In this document: positions 12,985-22,328 of the stretch, piece after piece
How the letters are laid out: each line of letters begins with the position of its first letter
Position numbering within the stretch: the first letter of the stretch is position 1
Source: an uncultured Gammaproteobacteria bacterium
GTDB lineage: Bacteria; Patescibacteriota; Microgenomatia; CAYGWK01
DNA: 64,000 nt
Assembly (NCBI GenBank): GCA_964353785.1
Contig: CAYGWK010000003.1
Coordinates: 17,303 to 81,302 of the forward strand
Direction of reading: 5' to 3'
Notes under the pieces: generated by a model
What the model saw: only the letters and a program-made list of their open reading frames with translations
Told to the model about the DNA's origin: nothing
The model's database searches: none
Position numbers and translations under genes: made by a program

Positions 12985-13007
12985 GTATAAGTTATCTTCC
13001 CTAAAAA

Positions 13008-13466
13008 ATGTTACCACCTGAGAGTGAATTAAGAACTGAATTAAAACCGAAGATGCCAGTTAAGGGGCAGCTCCTGAAAATAATCGAGGAATCCGAAAGA
13101 TTGGGTTTACTTTCGGAAAAAGATAGGCAAAAACTTGCTCTTTGTTTTCCTCTTTGGGGAGTCCATGCTGTTTTGTCCAATTTAGGATTCGTCCTTGGTC
13201 CTGCTTCCGCCGCCATGGTTGCTTCAACCGAGAATCCTCTGGCCCTAGGGCTTAATCTTTTACCCAGCGCTTTACGGCTAGGTTCAATGTTAGCTACCGA
13301 GAAATTATTTAAGGTGAAGTTCAGTAGGCTCTCCAAAGCAATTGCATTTTGGCCCTTTGTCGGCGGTGGTTCAGCCATGCCCGTTGAGATTGCCTCAACC
13401 TTGGGTCTTTCCTACACTAAAACGATACCGGAAAAGATGAAAGACCTTCATCTTCCCTTCCCATGA
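13008..13466 (+). CDS. Hypothetical small membrane protein
   Basis: 152 aa with three hydrophobic segments. Preferred over antisense ORF 13001..13378. Weak RBS. Confidence 0.3.
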   Translation: MLPPESELRTELKPKMPVKGQLLKIIEESERLGLLSEKDRQKLALCFPLWGVHAVLSNLGFVLGPASAAMVASTENPLALGLNLLPSALRLGSMLATEKLFKVKFSRLSKAIAFWPFVGGGSAMPVEIASTLGLSYTKTIPEKMKDLHLPFP

Positions 13467-14437
13467 AAGGTTTCGTGGATTTCGCGGAGTTGACGATTTG
13501 TTACATGAGTGTAAATTTGGGTTGTTGAGATATTTTTGTGTCCTAACATTTCCTGGACCGAGCGAATATCTGCTCCAGCCATCAGTAAATCCGTGGCAAA
13601 AGTGTGGCGCAGTCCATGAGGAGTAATTTTAATCGGGAGCCTTGCTTTTTTAACATACTTTTCCACAATCCGCTGGACAGAGCGAGCAGTTAAGCGCATC
13701 TTCTCACCAGGGGTTGTTGGATCTACCGCTCCGGCTAACCGAACAAATAAAGGTTCCCAAGAATCATCCCGCGCATCCAGGTATTTACGGAGCCAGGAAA
13801 CTGCCCGCTCGGACAAAAACACCAGCCGCGATTTTCCTCCCTTACCAATTACTCCGAATTCTCTCCGCTCCAAATTGATTGAATCCCGATTAAGTTTTGT
13901 AAGTTCCGAAACCCGAAGTCCGGTTGAAAACAGGGTCTCCAGCATCGCCTTGTCTCTTAAACCTTGCAGTTTGGAAATATCTGGTTGAGAAAGCAAACGC
14001 TCAAGTTGTGAGGCATCCAAAAACTTTAAACTCCGTGATTCTCCTTTGGGCAAATCAATTTTTTCAGGCGCTAAAGTTTGGTAATCATTTTTAACTAACC
14101 AGCGCAAAAACGAGCGAAGAGCGATGACGTGATAAGCTTGGGTTTGGCGAGAAAGGGCCTTTCCAGATTTATCAGTGTAGCGGGCCAGGAAAACTCGGTA
14201 TTTTTTTACTGTTTCTAAATTAATATCAACAGGAGCAGGCTTGCCCGCCGAAGCTTTAGCGGAGGCGGGGGAGAGCCAGTTTAAAAAACGAGTTAAATAA
14301 TGCCGATAATCCCGAATAGTCAAGGCAGAACAATTTTTTTCAATTTCCAAGTATTCCAAAAATTCTTCAACTAGTTGAGAAAGCGGGGCAGACTTTGGCA
14401 TTACCCTAATTGTACGACAAACTAATCCTCTGGTCAA
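13448..14437 (-). CDS. Tyrosine site-specific recombinase (XerC/XerD family)
   Basis: 329 aa; C-terminal catalytic region HGLRHTFATDLLMAGADIRSVQEMLGHKNISTTQIYTHV with R..HxxR..Y signature; N-terminal SAM-like core-binding domain. Confidence 0.85.
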   Translation of the reverse strand: MTRGLVCRTIRVMPKSAPLSQLVEEFLEYLEIEKNCSALTIRDYRHYLTRFLNWLSPASAKASAGKPAPVDINLETVKKYRVFLARYTDKSGKALSRQTQAYHVIALRSFLRWLVKNDYQTLAPEKIDLPKGESRSLKFLDASQLERLLSQPDISKLQGLRDKAMLETLFSTGLRVSELTKLNRDSINLERREFGVIGKGGKSRLVFLSERAVSWLRKYLDARDDSWEPLFVRLAGAVDPTTPGEKMRLTARSVQRIVEKYVKKARLPIKITPHGLRHTFATDLLMAGADIRSVQEMLGHKNISTTQIYTHVTNRQLREIHETFHGKGR

Positions 14438-15448
14438 ACGATGCTTGTGGTGAGCGCAGCCGAACCATCAACATTGTGCGACACGACTTGTTAACTGGCA
14501 TTATAATTATTCTAAAGGTGAGAAAAGAGAAAGAAACTTTAGAAAATCAAAAAGCGGCTGCCCTTGAAGCTATAAGAAGACTGGGATACGTTCTGGTGAT
14601 ATATCAACACAGACACACAATTTCCGAAAAAGAACTTCTGCTGAAAAGCATTAAAGGATTAAAAGAAAGATTTTTTCCAGATAAAACCTGGAAAGAAATC
14701 TTTTCCAAACCTAACGAGCCCACCAGAGGCTCTAAAACGGCTTTTTGAGAAGGGAAAGCAGTAGAAAGGTCGTCTTGGGCGGGAATTTTAAGATTTAAAA
14801 CTTTTGCGGAGATTTTTTTAAAAAATTTTGATAAGAAAAATGTTGGGGGAGAGGGAAGAGTTTTATACCCCGCGAGTTTTGGGTTTTTTTCGGAAATCAG
14901 AAAAGTTGGAAAACTCTTATAAATGGAGAACAATAGAAAACATCTTATTAATCTCAAGACTAAATGAATAAGTTCTTTTTATGAATAAAAGACAAAGGCT
15001 GGTTTAACCCTCCTCCGAAGGAGACAGGAGGTACGTCGCAAAAGTATTATTGTGCGACAGTGTAAGAACTTCACTCCCTATCTTCCGTGTCTCTCTAAAT
15101 TTTTAGGTGGCGTCCCCTTGTGGGGAATAAAGGTAGAAGACTTCTTACGCCTCTGTGCCCCGGTAGAACACTCAGAAGAAATCTTAAACACTATTACAGC
15201 TTCTTTTAGACTCTCTTCAAAGAGAAGAGTACTCTAGCCCAAGTTATCCACAGGACTATATCAGACTATATCATTGATTTGTGCGGTAACATTGGCACAA
15301 TTAGCACTTTTTCTCCTCAATTGATAGACATGTGAAAAAAGCCGATAGTTTTCGTGAAAATTCCCGCACTTATTATAGGCTTCCCCATTAATTCCTACTT
15401 TCTATATCCACATCTACTCTGCTTCCCCTCTCCCCTGGTGGATGGGTG

Positions 15449-16246
15449 TCAAAAAATTTTGGAATTGCCTGTTATTGAATCTAATTGAAAACTTACCAAG
15501 AGTGCGTTAATTAAAAGATCTGGAACGACTTTTGTTTCAGGAGTAGTTTCGGGACTCTCCCCTTTCCTCACCTTTATCACCCTAGAAAGAATTCTAATAT
15601 TTTTCTTGACGTATTCATCTGCAAAGTTTTCTTCTCTTTGTCGAAGCTGCATTTCTACAGATTTCTTTTTATCCAGAATTGTATGTCCAAATTCATGTCC
15701 TAGAGTATCCGAAAGGATTACGCCCCGTTTTTTTTGAGAAATTTTTTCTTTTGGCAAAGTATTTATCACGATTAAGATTTCGCTCGATTCTAATAGAGTC
15801 CTTAAACCACCAAGAGGGTATTTGTACCCACTAATTACTTCTCCATTTCCAGCGTAATGGGGCAATTCGGCATCTGTAAAAACCAAAACGAGAGACGACC
15901 CCTTTAGAGATCCTATCTCTGGTAATTGAGACAGTCTCTTCCAGTTAACCTCAAAGTTAAATTTCTTCGAATGGTCAATAACTAAAACCCTCTTAAAATT
16001 AAGTATTTCTTCGGCTTTTTTATCCTGAAACTCCTCCATGCGCCGACCAAAAAGGCTTAATAAAAAATCTAGATCATTTATTTTCTCGTAAGGCCCCAAT
16101 TCTGGATTATGGTATCTGGTATAAAAATCACCCCCAACAGCCCCTACCATACCGCCTGCAACTAAGCACCTTATTAAAAAGGACAACGACGAGAGTTTTT
16201 TATCCGGGATTGGTGATAATTCTTTCGACATTCGTTTAAACAGCAA
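15449..16246 (-). CDS. Hypothetical membrane-anchored protein with HExxH zinc-metallopeptidase motif
   Basis: 265 aa; N-terminal TM helix; TLGHEFGHTIL motif. Confidence 0.45.
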   Translation of the reverse strand: MLFKRMSKELSPIPDKKLSSLSFLIRCLVAGGMVGAVGGDFYTRYHNPELGPYEKINDLDFLLSLFGRRMEEFQDKKAEEILNFKRVLVIDHSKKFNFEVNWKRLSQLPEIGSLKGSSLVLVFTDAELPHYAGNGEVISGYKYPLGGLRTLLESSEILIVINTLPKEKISQKKRGVILSDTLGHEFGHTILDKKKSVEMQLRQREENFADEYVKKNIRILSRVIKVRKGESPETTPETKVVPDLLINALLVSFQLDSITGNSKIF

Positions 16247-16345
16247 GAGAATTATATCATGCTACCTTTTTCTTGCAAAAACTATAAGGTTTTTATATAA
16301 TCTTCAACAAGCCCTTTGACAAAAAGATGAGAAAGGAGAAGAACC

Positions 16346-16741
16346 ATGAGGTGGAAAAGAACCTCGGTAAGCTTAAGGCAAGCGATCTTCTACAGCGCCT
16401 TACTCCTTGCCGCCAATTTCATTGACATGGTTGTAACAAAACTAGGGTTTTCTCTTGGTTATACAGAAAGAGGGATAGCGCCGGCCATTGCAAGCTGGAG
16501 TCATGTCTGGCATTGGAAGTGGCTGGTCTGCTTTACCCTAATTGTTTCTCTTTTTGCCGTCTGGAGAAAACCCAAAATTAGATGGTTTTTTGCCCAACTG
16601 GTTTTCGGAGTCGCCTTCGTTATGCTTTTCGTCCAGTTTATGTCAGTATTCGACATTGCCGCATTGAAGTACTGCGAGCAAATACTGGTGATTTTGAAAA
16701 ATATTCAGTTATTTGTCAGGGGGCTCTTAGGGCAGTCTTAA
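16346..16741 (+). CDS. Hypothetical small membrane protein (GC-richer than surroundings)
   Basis: 131 aa, 3-4 TM segments. Followed by a strong bidirectional hairpin. Confidence 0.4.
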   Translation: MRWKRTSVSLRQAIFYSALLLAANFIDMVVTKLGFSLGYTERGIAPAIASWSHVWHWKWLVCFTLIVSLFAVWRKPKIRWFFAQLVFGVAFVMLFVQFMSVFDIAALKYCEQILVILKNIQLFVRGLLGQS

Positions 16742-16770
16742 TTTGCTCAAAAAGTTTTAAAAGACTGCCC
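16730..16770. terminator. Bidirectional terminator hairpin between convergent genes
   Basis: 10-bp perfect stem GGGCAGTCTT / AAGACTGCCC with T-rich flank. Confidence 0.5.
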
Positions 16771-16793
16771 TAATTTAATATCTTTTTGGCTCA

Positions 16794-17108
16794 TTAAAAA
16801 GGTTCTGGCAATTTTCTCTGATGAGTTTTTTTAATTTCTTCCCTGAGTGCGCCATAGAATGTATTTTTATCTTTTGGGCTTCTTGGCACCCAGCCCGTAG
16901 GTGTTCCTCCAAACCAAAGCGCCCCATCGCCTATTTCTGTTGTTATCCAAGGAAACAACTCTCCTTCTTTTTTTGTGTATCTAATAAAATCTTTGCCTTC
17001 AAAGGAAGGTCTACAACTGACTGTTACTCCTCCAGGGACTCCAATTTTTTTAACTACTAAACCCTCTTTTACCTCTTTAGGTGTTTCGCTCATTTTTATC
17101 CTCCCCAT
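16794..17108 (-). CDS. Hypothetical protein (104 aa)
   Basis: ORF convergent with 16346..16741. No recognisable motif. Confidence 0.35.
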   Translation of the reverse strand: MGRIKMSETPKEVKEGLVVKKIGVPGGVTVSCRPSFEGKDFIRYTKKEGELFPWITTEIGDGALWFGGTPTGWVPRSPKDKNTFYGALREEIKKTHQRKLPEPF

Positions 17109-17866
17109 CTGGCTGTTCCAAGCATGACCAATAATACCACAATTCCAACCCCAAGATATTCATAAATTGTTTGCTTAAAAAGTCTCTCCTGAAATTCTGC
17201 CTGAACCAAACCTAAAGTCACATAAATTGAGGTGGTTAGAAAAAGCGAAGCCATAGCAATAGTCACTGGATAAAAGGAAATGATAAAAGCCATCTCTCCA
17301 GAAACCAAAGACAGAAAAATAGTATAATCTAAAATTCTTCTGGTTAATTTCTCTTCGAGATTAACCGACCAGAGTCCCTGAAGAAATAGAGGTAGAGAGA
17401 CCCCAAACACCAAAAGAGAATTCCACCATCCAGAAATTCTAAAGGAAAAAATGGTGTCAAAAAGAAAAAAGGCGGTCAAAAGGGTCAGTAAAAAACCAAC
17501 TGCGTGAGCGGCCCGGAGAAGTTGAATGGTGCGAATGGCAGCTACGGAAAAGATATTTTCTGTCAAAAGTAAAGCATAAATCCCAACTGCGTAAAGGGCA
17601 ACCACCGGCAGCTGGGAAAAAATGTTGGCCGGCAGTAAAAAATAAAAAAGTCCAACTCCGGCGGTAAAAAGAGTCGGCAGGATGGCAGTGGTCAGAAAAC
17701 GGATTCCAGACAAGGCTTCTTTAAGCGACCAAAGAGTTAAAAGAGCGGAGACTAGAGTTAAACCAAAAATTGCCTGATAACGAAACTCTGGCTCAAGTGT
17801 CTGGATTGCCAAAAGCCCACCAGCTAAAACTGCCGAGGTTAAAATGAATTTCTGTCTTTTAGACAT
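17096..17866 (-). CDS. Hypothetical polytopic membrane protein
   Basis: About 8 TM helices. Start placed at the second Met (MSKRQKF) to minimise overlap with yebC. Confidence 0.5.
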   Translation of the reverse strand: MSKRQKFILTSAVLAGGLLAIQTLEPEFRYQAIFGLTLVSALLTLWSLKEALSGIRFLTTAILPTLFTAGVGLFYFLLPANIFSQLPVVALYAVGIYALLLTENIFSVAAIRTIQLLRAAHAVGFLLTLLTAFFLFDTIFSFRISGWWNSLLVFGVSLPLFLQGLWSVNLEEKLTRRILDYTIFLSLVSGEMAFIISFYPVTIAMASLFLTTSIYVTLGLVQAEFQERLFKQTIYEYLGVGIVVLLVMLGTARWGG

Positions 17867-18596
17867 ATTCTTGCGGAATATCAAAATTGGCAAAAACTTT
17901 CTGAACGTCTTCCTGTTCTTCGATTTTCTCCAGAAAATCCAAAACTTTTTGGGCAGTTTCTTTATCCGGAATCGGGACTGTGGTTTTTGGTTTCATCGTT
18001 ATCTCAAAATTTGAGATTTTAAAACCGGCCTCGGTTAGTTTTTTCTTCATCTCTTCAAGATTTTCTACTTTAGCATAGACCTCAATCGCATCTTGAGCCT
18101 CTTCAACATCCTCTGCTCCAAGGTCGATAATAGACAAGATGCTTTCTTGCGGATTTTGGGGTTTCTCCAGAGTTATAAGAGCGGTCTTTTCAAACAGGAA
18201 AGACACCGACCCCGGCCCAACCAGCTTCCCCCCTCCCCTCTCAAAAATATTTTTAATTTCCTGGGCAGTCCTTTGTTTATTATCAGTGGCTGTCTCAACA
18301 ATTATGGCAGTCCCAGCCGGACCAAAACCTTCATAGGCTACTTCTTCCCACTTCTCACTTCCATCTTGCCCACTTCCTCTAGCGATTGCTTTTTGGATAT
18401 TTTCCTTGGGCATGTTCAAAGCCCTGGCTTTCTCAATTGCCAGTCTTAATTTGAAGTTTTTCTCCGGGTCAGTTATTCCGGTTTGGCGGACGGCTAAAGT
18501 TACGGCATTAGCCACTTTAGTCCAAGCCAGACCTTTTTTGGCATCAGTAGTCTCTTTTTGCCGGTGTATCGTCGCCCACTTCGAATGTCCAGACAT
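17859..18596 (-). CDS. yebC: YebC/PmpR family DNA-binding transcriptional regulator
   Basis: 245 aa; MSGHSKWATIHRQKETTDAKKG N-terminus is diagnostic for YebC. Confidence 0.9.
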   Translation of the reverse strand: MSGHSKWATIHRQKETTDAKKGLAWTKVANAVTLAVRQTGITDPEKNFKLRLAIEKARALNMPKENIQKAIARGSGQDGSEKWEEVAYEGFGPAGTAIIVETATDNKQRTAQEIKNIFERGGGKLVGPGSVSFLFEKTALITLEKPQNPQESILSIIDLGAEDVEEAQDAIEVYAKVENLEEMKKKLTEAGFKISNFEITMKPKTTVPIPDKETAQKVLDFLEKIEEQEDVQKVFANFDIPQEYV

Positions 18597-18680
18597 AAAT
18601 TAGTTATATTCTAACAGAATTTCCACTAAAAATCTGCGTTTGGAGACGAGGGCAGGTATAATTTTTGCGCTAGTCAAGAT

Positions 18681-18871
18681 GGCGAGGTAACAATTTTTGC
18701 GTTTTTTAATCTTTTAATAAGGGGGCGAGGGTAGAATTTTTGTGAAGGTTTCATCTGGCAAGCCCGAGGACAACGGAACACAACTCGACTTCCAGACTTC
18801 AGAATCCGAGGGCGGTCCGCCGATTCGGCGGAGGCCATGTCGAAACCGAACAACAAATTCCTACCCGAGCC
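18681..18871 (-). ncRNA. Paralog 1 of an unidentified ~160-190 nt structured RNA-like element (has a duplicated 5' arm)
   Basis: Shares conserved blocks with 36349..36505 and 56012..56176 (AACAATTTTTGCG, GGCAAGCC, CGGAACACAACT, AAATTC). Terminal helix GGCGAGGGTAG / CTACCCGAGCC and an internal hairpin CCGCCGA-TT-CGGCGG at the position where the paralogs have different but still paired sequences. Starts 4 nt after the LCP-gene stop. Strand is inferred from the flanking genes. Confidence 0.5.
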
Positions 18872-18875
18872 ACTT

Positions 18876-19859
18876 TCACTTCTGGCTTAACTTCTGCCAA
18901 TAATTTTCGCCTAAGATAACAGTTATCTCTGTTTTTCCTTCCTCTTTTTTCTCCTGCCAGCTGCAACCAAAAATTTTTATAATTTTCCTTACCGTATAAG
19001 TTTCTTTTTTATTCTTCCCGCTACCCACGACACACTTCTCACTTCCCGCTTCTGAATTCCCTACCCAAACCACTTCCCCACCTAAATTGGATAAAATTCT
19101 TGCTCCTTTTTCGGCCAAGCCCAAGTGAGTTGTTCCATTTAAAACCTCAATTGAAAATCCCTCTTGTTTAAAGGCTAAATCAGAAAAATATTTCTGAATT
19201 AGGGGATCAAGTATTGAAGAATCAATCTCAAAAACTACTGTTCCATCAGGCAGTTTACTTTGGGTCAAAACATTAAGTTTCCCTAAATCCAAAATTTCTA
19301 CATTCCCTGCTTTTACCTTTTTAATTTCCCACCAAAGCCTGGCTAAATCCCACCGGCTGAAATTGGTTATCTTTTTCTGAAAAATTTGATTTCCCATCTC
19401 GCAGAGAATTTTTTCTTTGACATTTGACATTTGACATTTGACATTTGACATTCCTATCCATCCTTCAACCGGCACAGCCAGAGATTCTTGGGCACTTTCC
19501 GCCAAAAGAGCTTCTCTCTTCTCGAGTTTTTCAAGACCAGGGATTGCCTCTACTTTATATTTTCCATAACCATGGCAAACTTCAAGTAGGGTTTGATTGG
19601 GAATCAGAATTAAGCTTAGATTCTCCTGGTTTGGCTCAAACGAGGCCAAAATCGTCTCTTCTCCTTTGAGTACAAAATTTATCCTATCTCGGCCATTCCA
19701 GAGGCTTCTCCGCACCAACTGAAATACTTTAAAAGTGATTCCTCCCAGAAGAAGCAGACAAATAACGAATAACCATAAACGGATAACCAAAAAGTTAATT
19801 TTTTGCTTTTTCTCTTTTTGTTCCTTTTGCCACCGAGGCTGGTTTGCTGCTTTAACCAT
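18876..19859 (-). CDS. LytR/CpsA/Psr (LCP)-like cell-envelope protein with LytR C-terminal domain; contains a 5x heptanucleotide repeat
   Basis: 327 aa; N-terminal TM anchor; C-terminal ...IEVLNGTTHLGLAEKGARILSNLGGEVVWVGNS resembles a LytR_C domain. Internal MSNVKCQMSNVK is encoded by (TTTGACA)5. Confidence 0.5.
   Translation of the reverse strand: MVKAANQPRWQKEQKEKKQKINFLVIRLWLFVICLLLLGGITFKVFQLVRRSLWNGRDRINFVLKGEETILASFEPNQENLSLILIPNQTLLEVCHGYGKYKVEAIPGLEKLEKREALLAESAQESLAVPVEGWIGMSNVKCQMSNVKEKILCEMGNQIFQKKITNFSRWDLARLWWEIKKVKAGNVEILDLGKLNVLTQSKLPDGTVVFEIDSSILDPLIQKYFSDLAFKQEGFSIEVLNGTTHLGLAEKGARILSNLGGEVVWVGNSEAGSEKCVVGSGKNKKETYTVRKIIKIFGCSWQEKKEEGKTEITVILGENYWQKLSQK
19416..19450. repeat. 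(TTTGACA)5 perfect heptanucleotide microsatellite inside the LCP-like gene
   Basis: Five exact 7-bp units. Encodes MSNVKCQMSNVK on the minus strand. Confidence 0.9.
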
Positions 19860-19868
19860 TTTAGTTTT

Positions 19869-21584
19869 CTACTCCATCCCGTGTTCAATTTTAATTCTTT
19901 TTATTTTCCCGGCCACCCCTTCTTTCTCTTCTCCAAAGGCTTGAAGAATTCGGTGAATCATTGAAAGTGAGGCCTCAAATTCCGGCATGATCACTGTCTG
20001 TACCCCTAAAGCCTTAAGTCTAGCTTGGTCTTCCTCAAAGTGGCTTCGGCAGATAATATTTATCTTAGAGTTTAAAGTCAGGGCGTTGCCGATAACTAAC
20101 TCTTGGGTATGTCTGTCCGGAATAGCAATCACGATTACCTTGGCCTTATCAACTTGGGCAAAATCCAAAACCTCCAAATCCGCTGGATCTCCATAAACTA
20201 CCGGAATCCCTTTCTCCTTTAAATCGGAAACCACTTTTTGATTAAAATCTAAAACAATAAAAGGAATTTCTGATATTTGACAAGCCCGACCAAGCCAGGA
20301 GCCAACCCGTCCATAACCACAAATAACAACATGATTTTCAAGCGGTAATTCTTCTTGAGCCTCTCTTCGATCAAATCTGGCAAAAACTAAAGAATAAATT
20401 TTGGGAAATCTGGTTGAAGTTGTCTTTCTTACTTTGGTATAAACTTTTGGCGCCAAGTTAAAGAAAAATGGAGTCAAAACAATTGTTAAAAGGGCCACCG
20501 ATAAAATATAAGAATACAAATCTGCGGTTATGAGATTTTGAGAGATTCCAGTTCGCGCCAAAACAAAAGAAAATTCCCCAACTTGAACTAAACCTACCCC
20601 AACGAGAAAGGCGGTCTTTGAGTGATAGCCAAGATATAAAACCAAAGCCATAACAATTAAAAGTTTGAGAATGATAACAACTAAGGAAAGCCCCAAAATC
20701 TGGCCAAGGTGGGAAAATAAAAATTCAGGTGCAAGCATCATTCCTAAGCTAACGAAAAAGACAATGGAAAAAATATCTCGCAAGGGCCTAATTTCGGAAA
20801 AAATCGCATGATTTTGCGAGGATTCGGAAATTAAAATTCCCGCTAAAAATGCTCCTAAAGCAAAAGAAAGTCCCAGAGCATAAGTTCCCGAGGCGGCCAA
20901 AAGGCATAAAGCCACCACTGCCAAAAGTAAGATTTCTCGAGAGTTGACCGCCGCCACCTTATCTAAAATTTTAGGAACTGCCTTTCTACCAACAACAAGA
21001 ATAAGAAAAAGAAAAACTCCGATTTTCCCAAGAGTCAGGGGAATTTGCCAAAGAGGCAGGCTTTCCAAAACAGCAATTTTTGGCAAGATTAAAAGCATTG
21101 GTAAAACCGTCAAATCCTGGACAAGTGACCAAGCAAGCATAATTTCTCCAGGCAAGGAATCCAGCATTCCCTTTTCGGCTAAAATCTTGGTGATAATCGC
21201 GGTTGAAGAGAGAGAAAAACAGGAGGCTAAAAATAAAGAAGAATAAAAGTCAAATCCAAAACGGGGGAAAATTAAAATCCCAAGAAAAATAAAAGCCAGA
21301 ATCTGAATTACTCCTCCCCAAAAAGCCACCGCCCGAACCCTCGCCAGTCTAGCAAAAGAAAATTCAATTCCTAAAGAAAACAAAAGCAAAGCCACCCCTA
21401 TTTCGGCTAAAGGCTCAAGCTGTCCCCTTCCGGAAATTGCCGAAACTGCCAAGGAACCAATCGTCACCCCGGCTAAGACATAACCCAAAATTAAAGGTTG
21501 ACGGAGTTTTCTGGCGATCCATCCGCCCAAAAAAGCCAAAGAAAGAATTATTAAAAGGTCAAAAACCAGGGTTAAGTCTGGCAT
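19869..21584 (-). CDS. Monovalent cation:proton antiporter (CPA2, Kef-type) with C-terminal TrkA-N/RCK domain
   Basis: 571 aa; about 12 TM helices followed by the Rossmann motif VVICGYGRVGSWLG. Confidence 0.8.
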   Translation of the reverse strand: MPDLTLVFDLLIILSLAFLGGWIARKLRQPLILGYVLAGVTIGSLAVSAISGRGQLEPLAEIGVALLLFSLGIEFSFARLARVRAVAFWGGVIQILAFIFLGILIFPRFGFDFYSSLFLASCFSLSSTAIITKILAEKGMLDSLPGEIMLAWSLVQDLTVLPMLLILPKIAVLESLPLWQIPLTLGKIGVFLFLILVVGRKAVPKILDKVAAVNSREILLLAVVALCLLAASGTYALGLSFALGAFLAGILISESSQNHAIFSEIRPLRDIFSIVFFVSLGMMLAPEFLFSHLGQILGLSLVVIILKLLIVMALVLYLGYHSKTAFLVGVGLVQVGEFSFVLARTGISQNLITADLYSYILSVALLTIVLTPFFFNLAPKVYTKVRKTTSTRFPKIYSLVFARFDRREAQEELPLENHVVICGYGRVGSWLGRACQISEIPFIVLDFNQKVVSDLKEKGIPVVYGDPADLEVLDFAQVDKAKVIVIAIPDRHTQELVIGNALTLNSKINIICRSHFEEDQARLKALGVQTVIMPEFEASLSMIHRILQAFGEEKEGVAGKIKRIKIEHGME

Positions 21585-21595
21585 TAAGTTTAATA

Positions 21596-22303
21596 TTAGA
21601 AGATATTCGCCTTCTCGTCAATTTTTAGGTCCTCTGGAAGCGGTAAGGAGAATTCAACCAGTTTTCCGGTTCTAGGGTGAAAAAATCCTAAATACGAAGC
21701 GTGCAAAAACATTCTCGGAAAAATTTTTCGGTCTTCTCTTGAGGTTTTTCGGCCAGCATATTTTTCGTCAGCGACAATTGGATACCCCAGATATTTCAGG
21801 TGAACCCGAATCTGATGAGTTCGACCGGTTTCGGGAGTAAGCTCAAGAAGGGTATAGATTTCAGATTCTAGATTATAGATTTTAGATACTCTGTATTTCG
21901 TCAAAGCTACCCTTCCTCCTGGCACCACTCCAAACTTTTCCCGGCTCCAGGGAATTCTGCCGACTGGCGCTTTTATCTCACCTTCGCCAGGTTCTACTTT
22001 CCCATGAACCAAGGCTAAATATTTTTTCTTTACCCTTCTTTCCTTAAATTGTTTCTGAAGATCTAAAAAATCCTCCGGAGTTTTGGCAACAAGCAAGATT
22101 CCCGAAGTCTCTTTATCTAACCGGTGAACAATGCCTGCTCTCCCACCAATTCCTAATTTCGAATTTCTAATTTCTAATTTCTTTTCCACCCAATCTTGAA
22201 CCGTCTCCTCGCCTCTGGTGGTTTCTGCTTTATTGACCACCATCCCCGCTGGTTTTTCCAAAACCAAAATCTCGTCGTCTTCAAATAAAATTTTAGGAAG
22301 CAT
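21596..22303 (-). CDS. RluA-family pseudouridine synthase
   Basis: HRLDKETSGILLVAK catalytic-Asp motif. Start moved to MLPKILFEDD to avoid overlap with the upstream zinc-finger gene; the track ORF extends to 22357. Contains two 7-bp-period repeat tracts. Confidence 0.75.
   Translation of the reverse strand: MLPKILFEDDEILVLEKPAGMVVNKAETTRGEETVQDWVEKKLEIRNSKLGIGGRAGIVHRLDKETSGILLVAKTPEDFLDLQKQFKERRVKKKYLALVHGKVEPGEGEIKAPVGRIPWSREKFGVVPGGRVALTKYRVSKIYNLESEIYTLLELTPETGRTHQIRVHLKYLGYPIVADEKYAGRKTSREDRKIFPRMFLHASYLGFFHPRTGKLVEFSLPLPEDLKIDEKANIF
21855..21889. repeat. 7-bp-period degenerate repeat ((T/C)AGATTN x5) inside the RluA-family gene
   Basis: Units TAGATTT CAGATTC TAGATTA TAGATTT TAGATAC. 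Confidence 0.7.
22154..22181. repeat. 7-bp-period repeat (TAATTTC x4) inside the RluA-family gene
   Basis: Units TAATTTC GAATTTC TAATTTC TAATTTC. Confidence 0.75.
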
Positions 22304-22328
22304 ATTCCTACCCGCAGAAGTTACTGAT

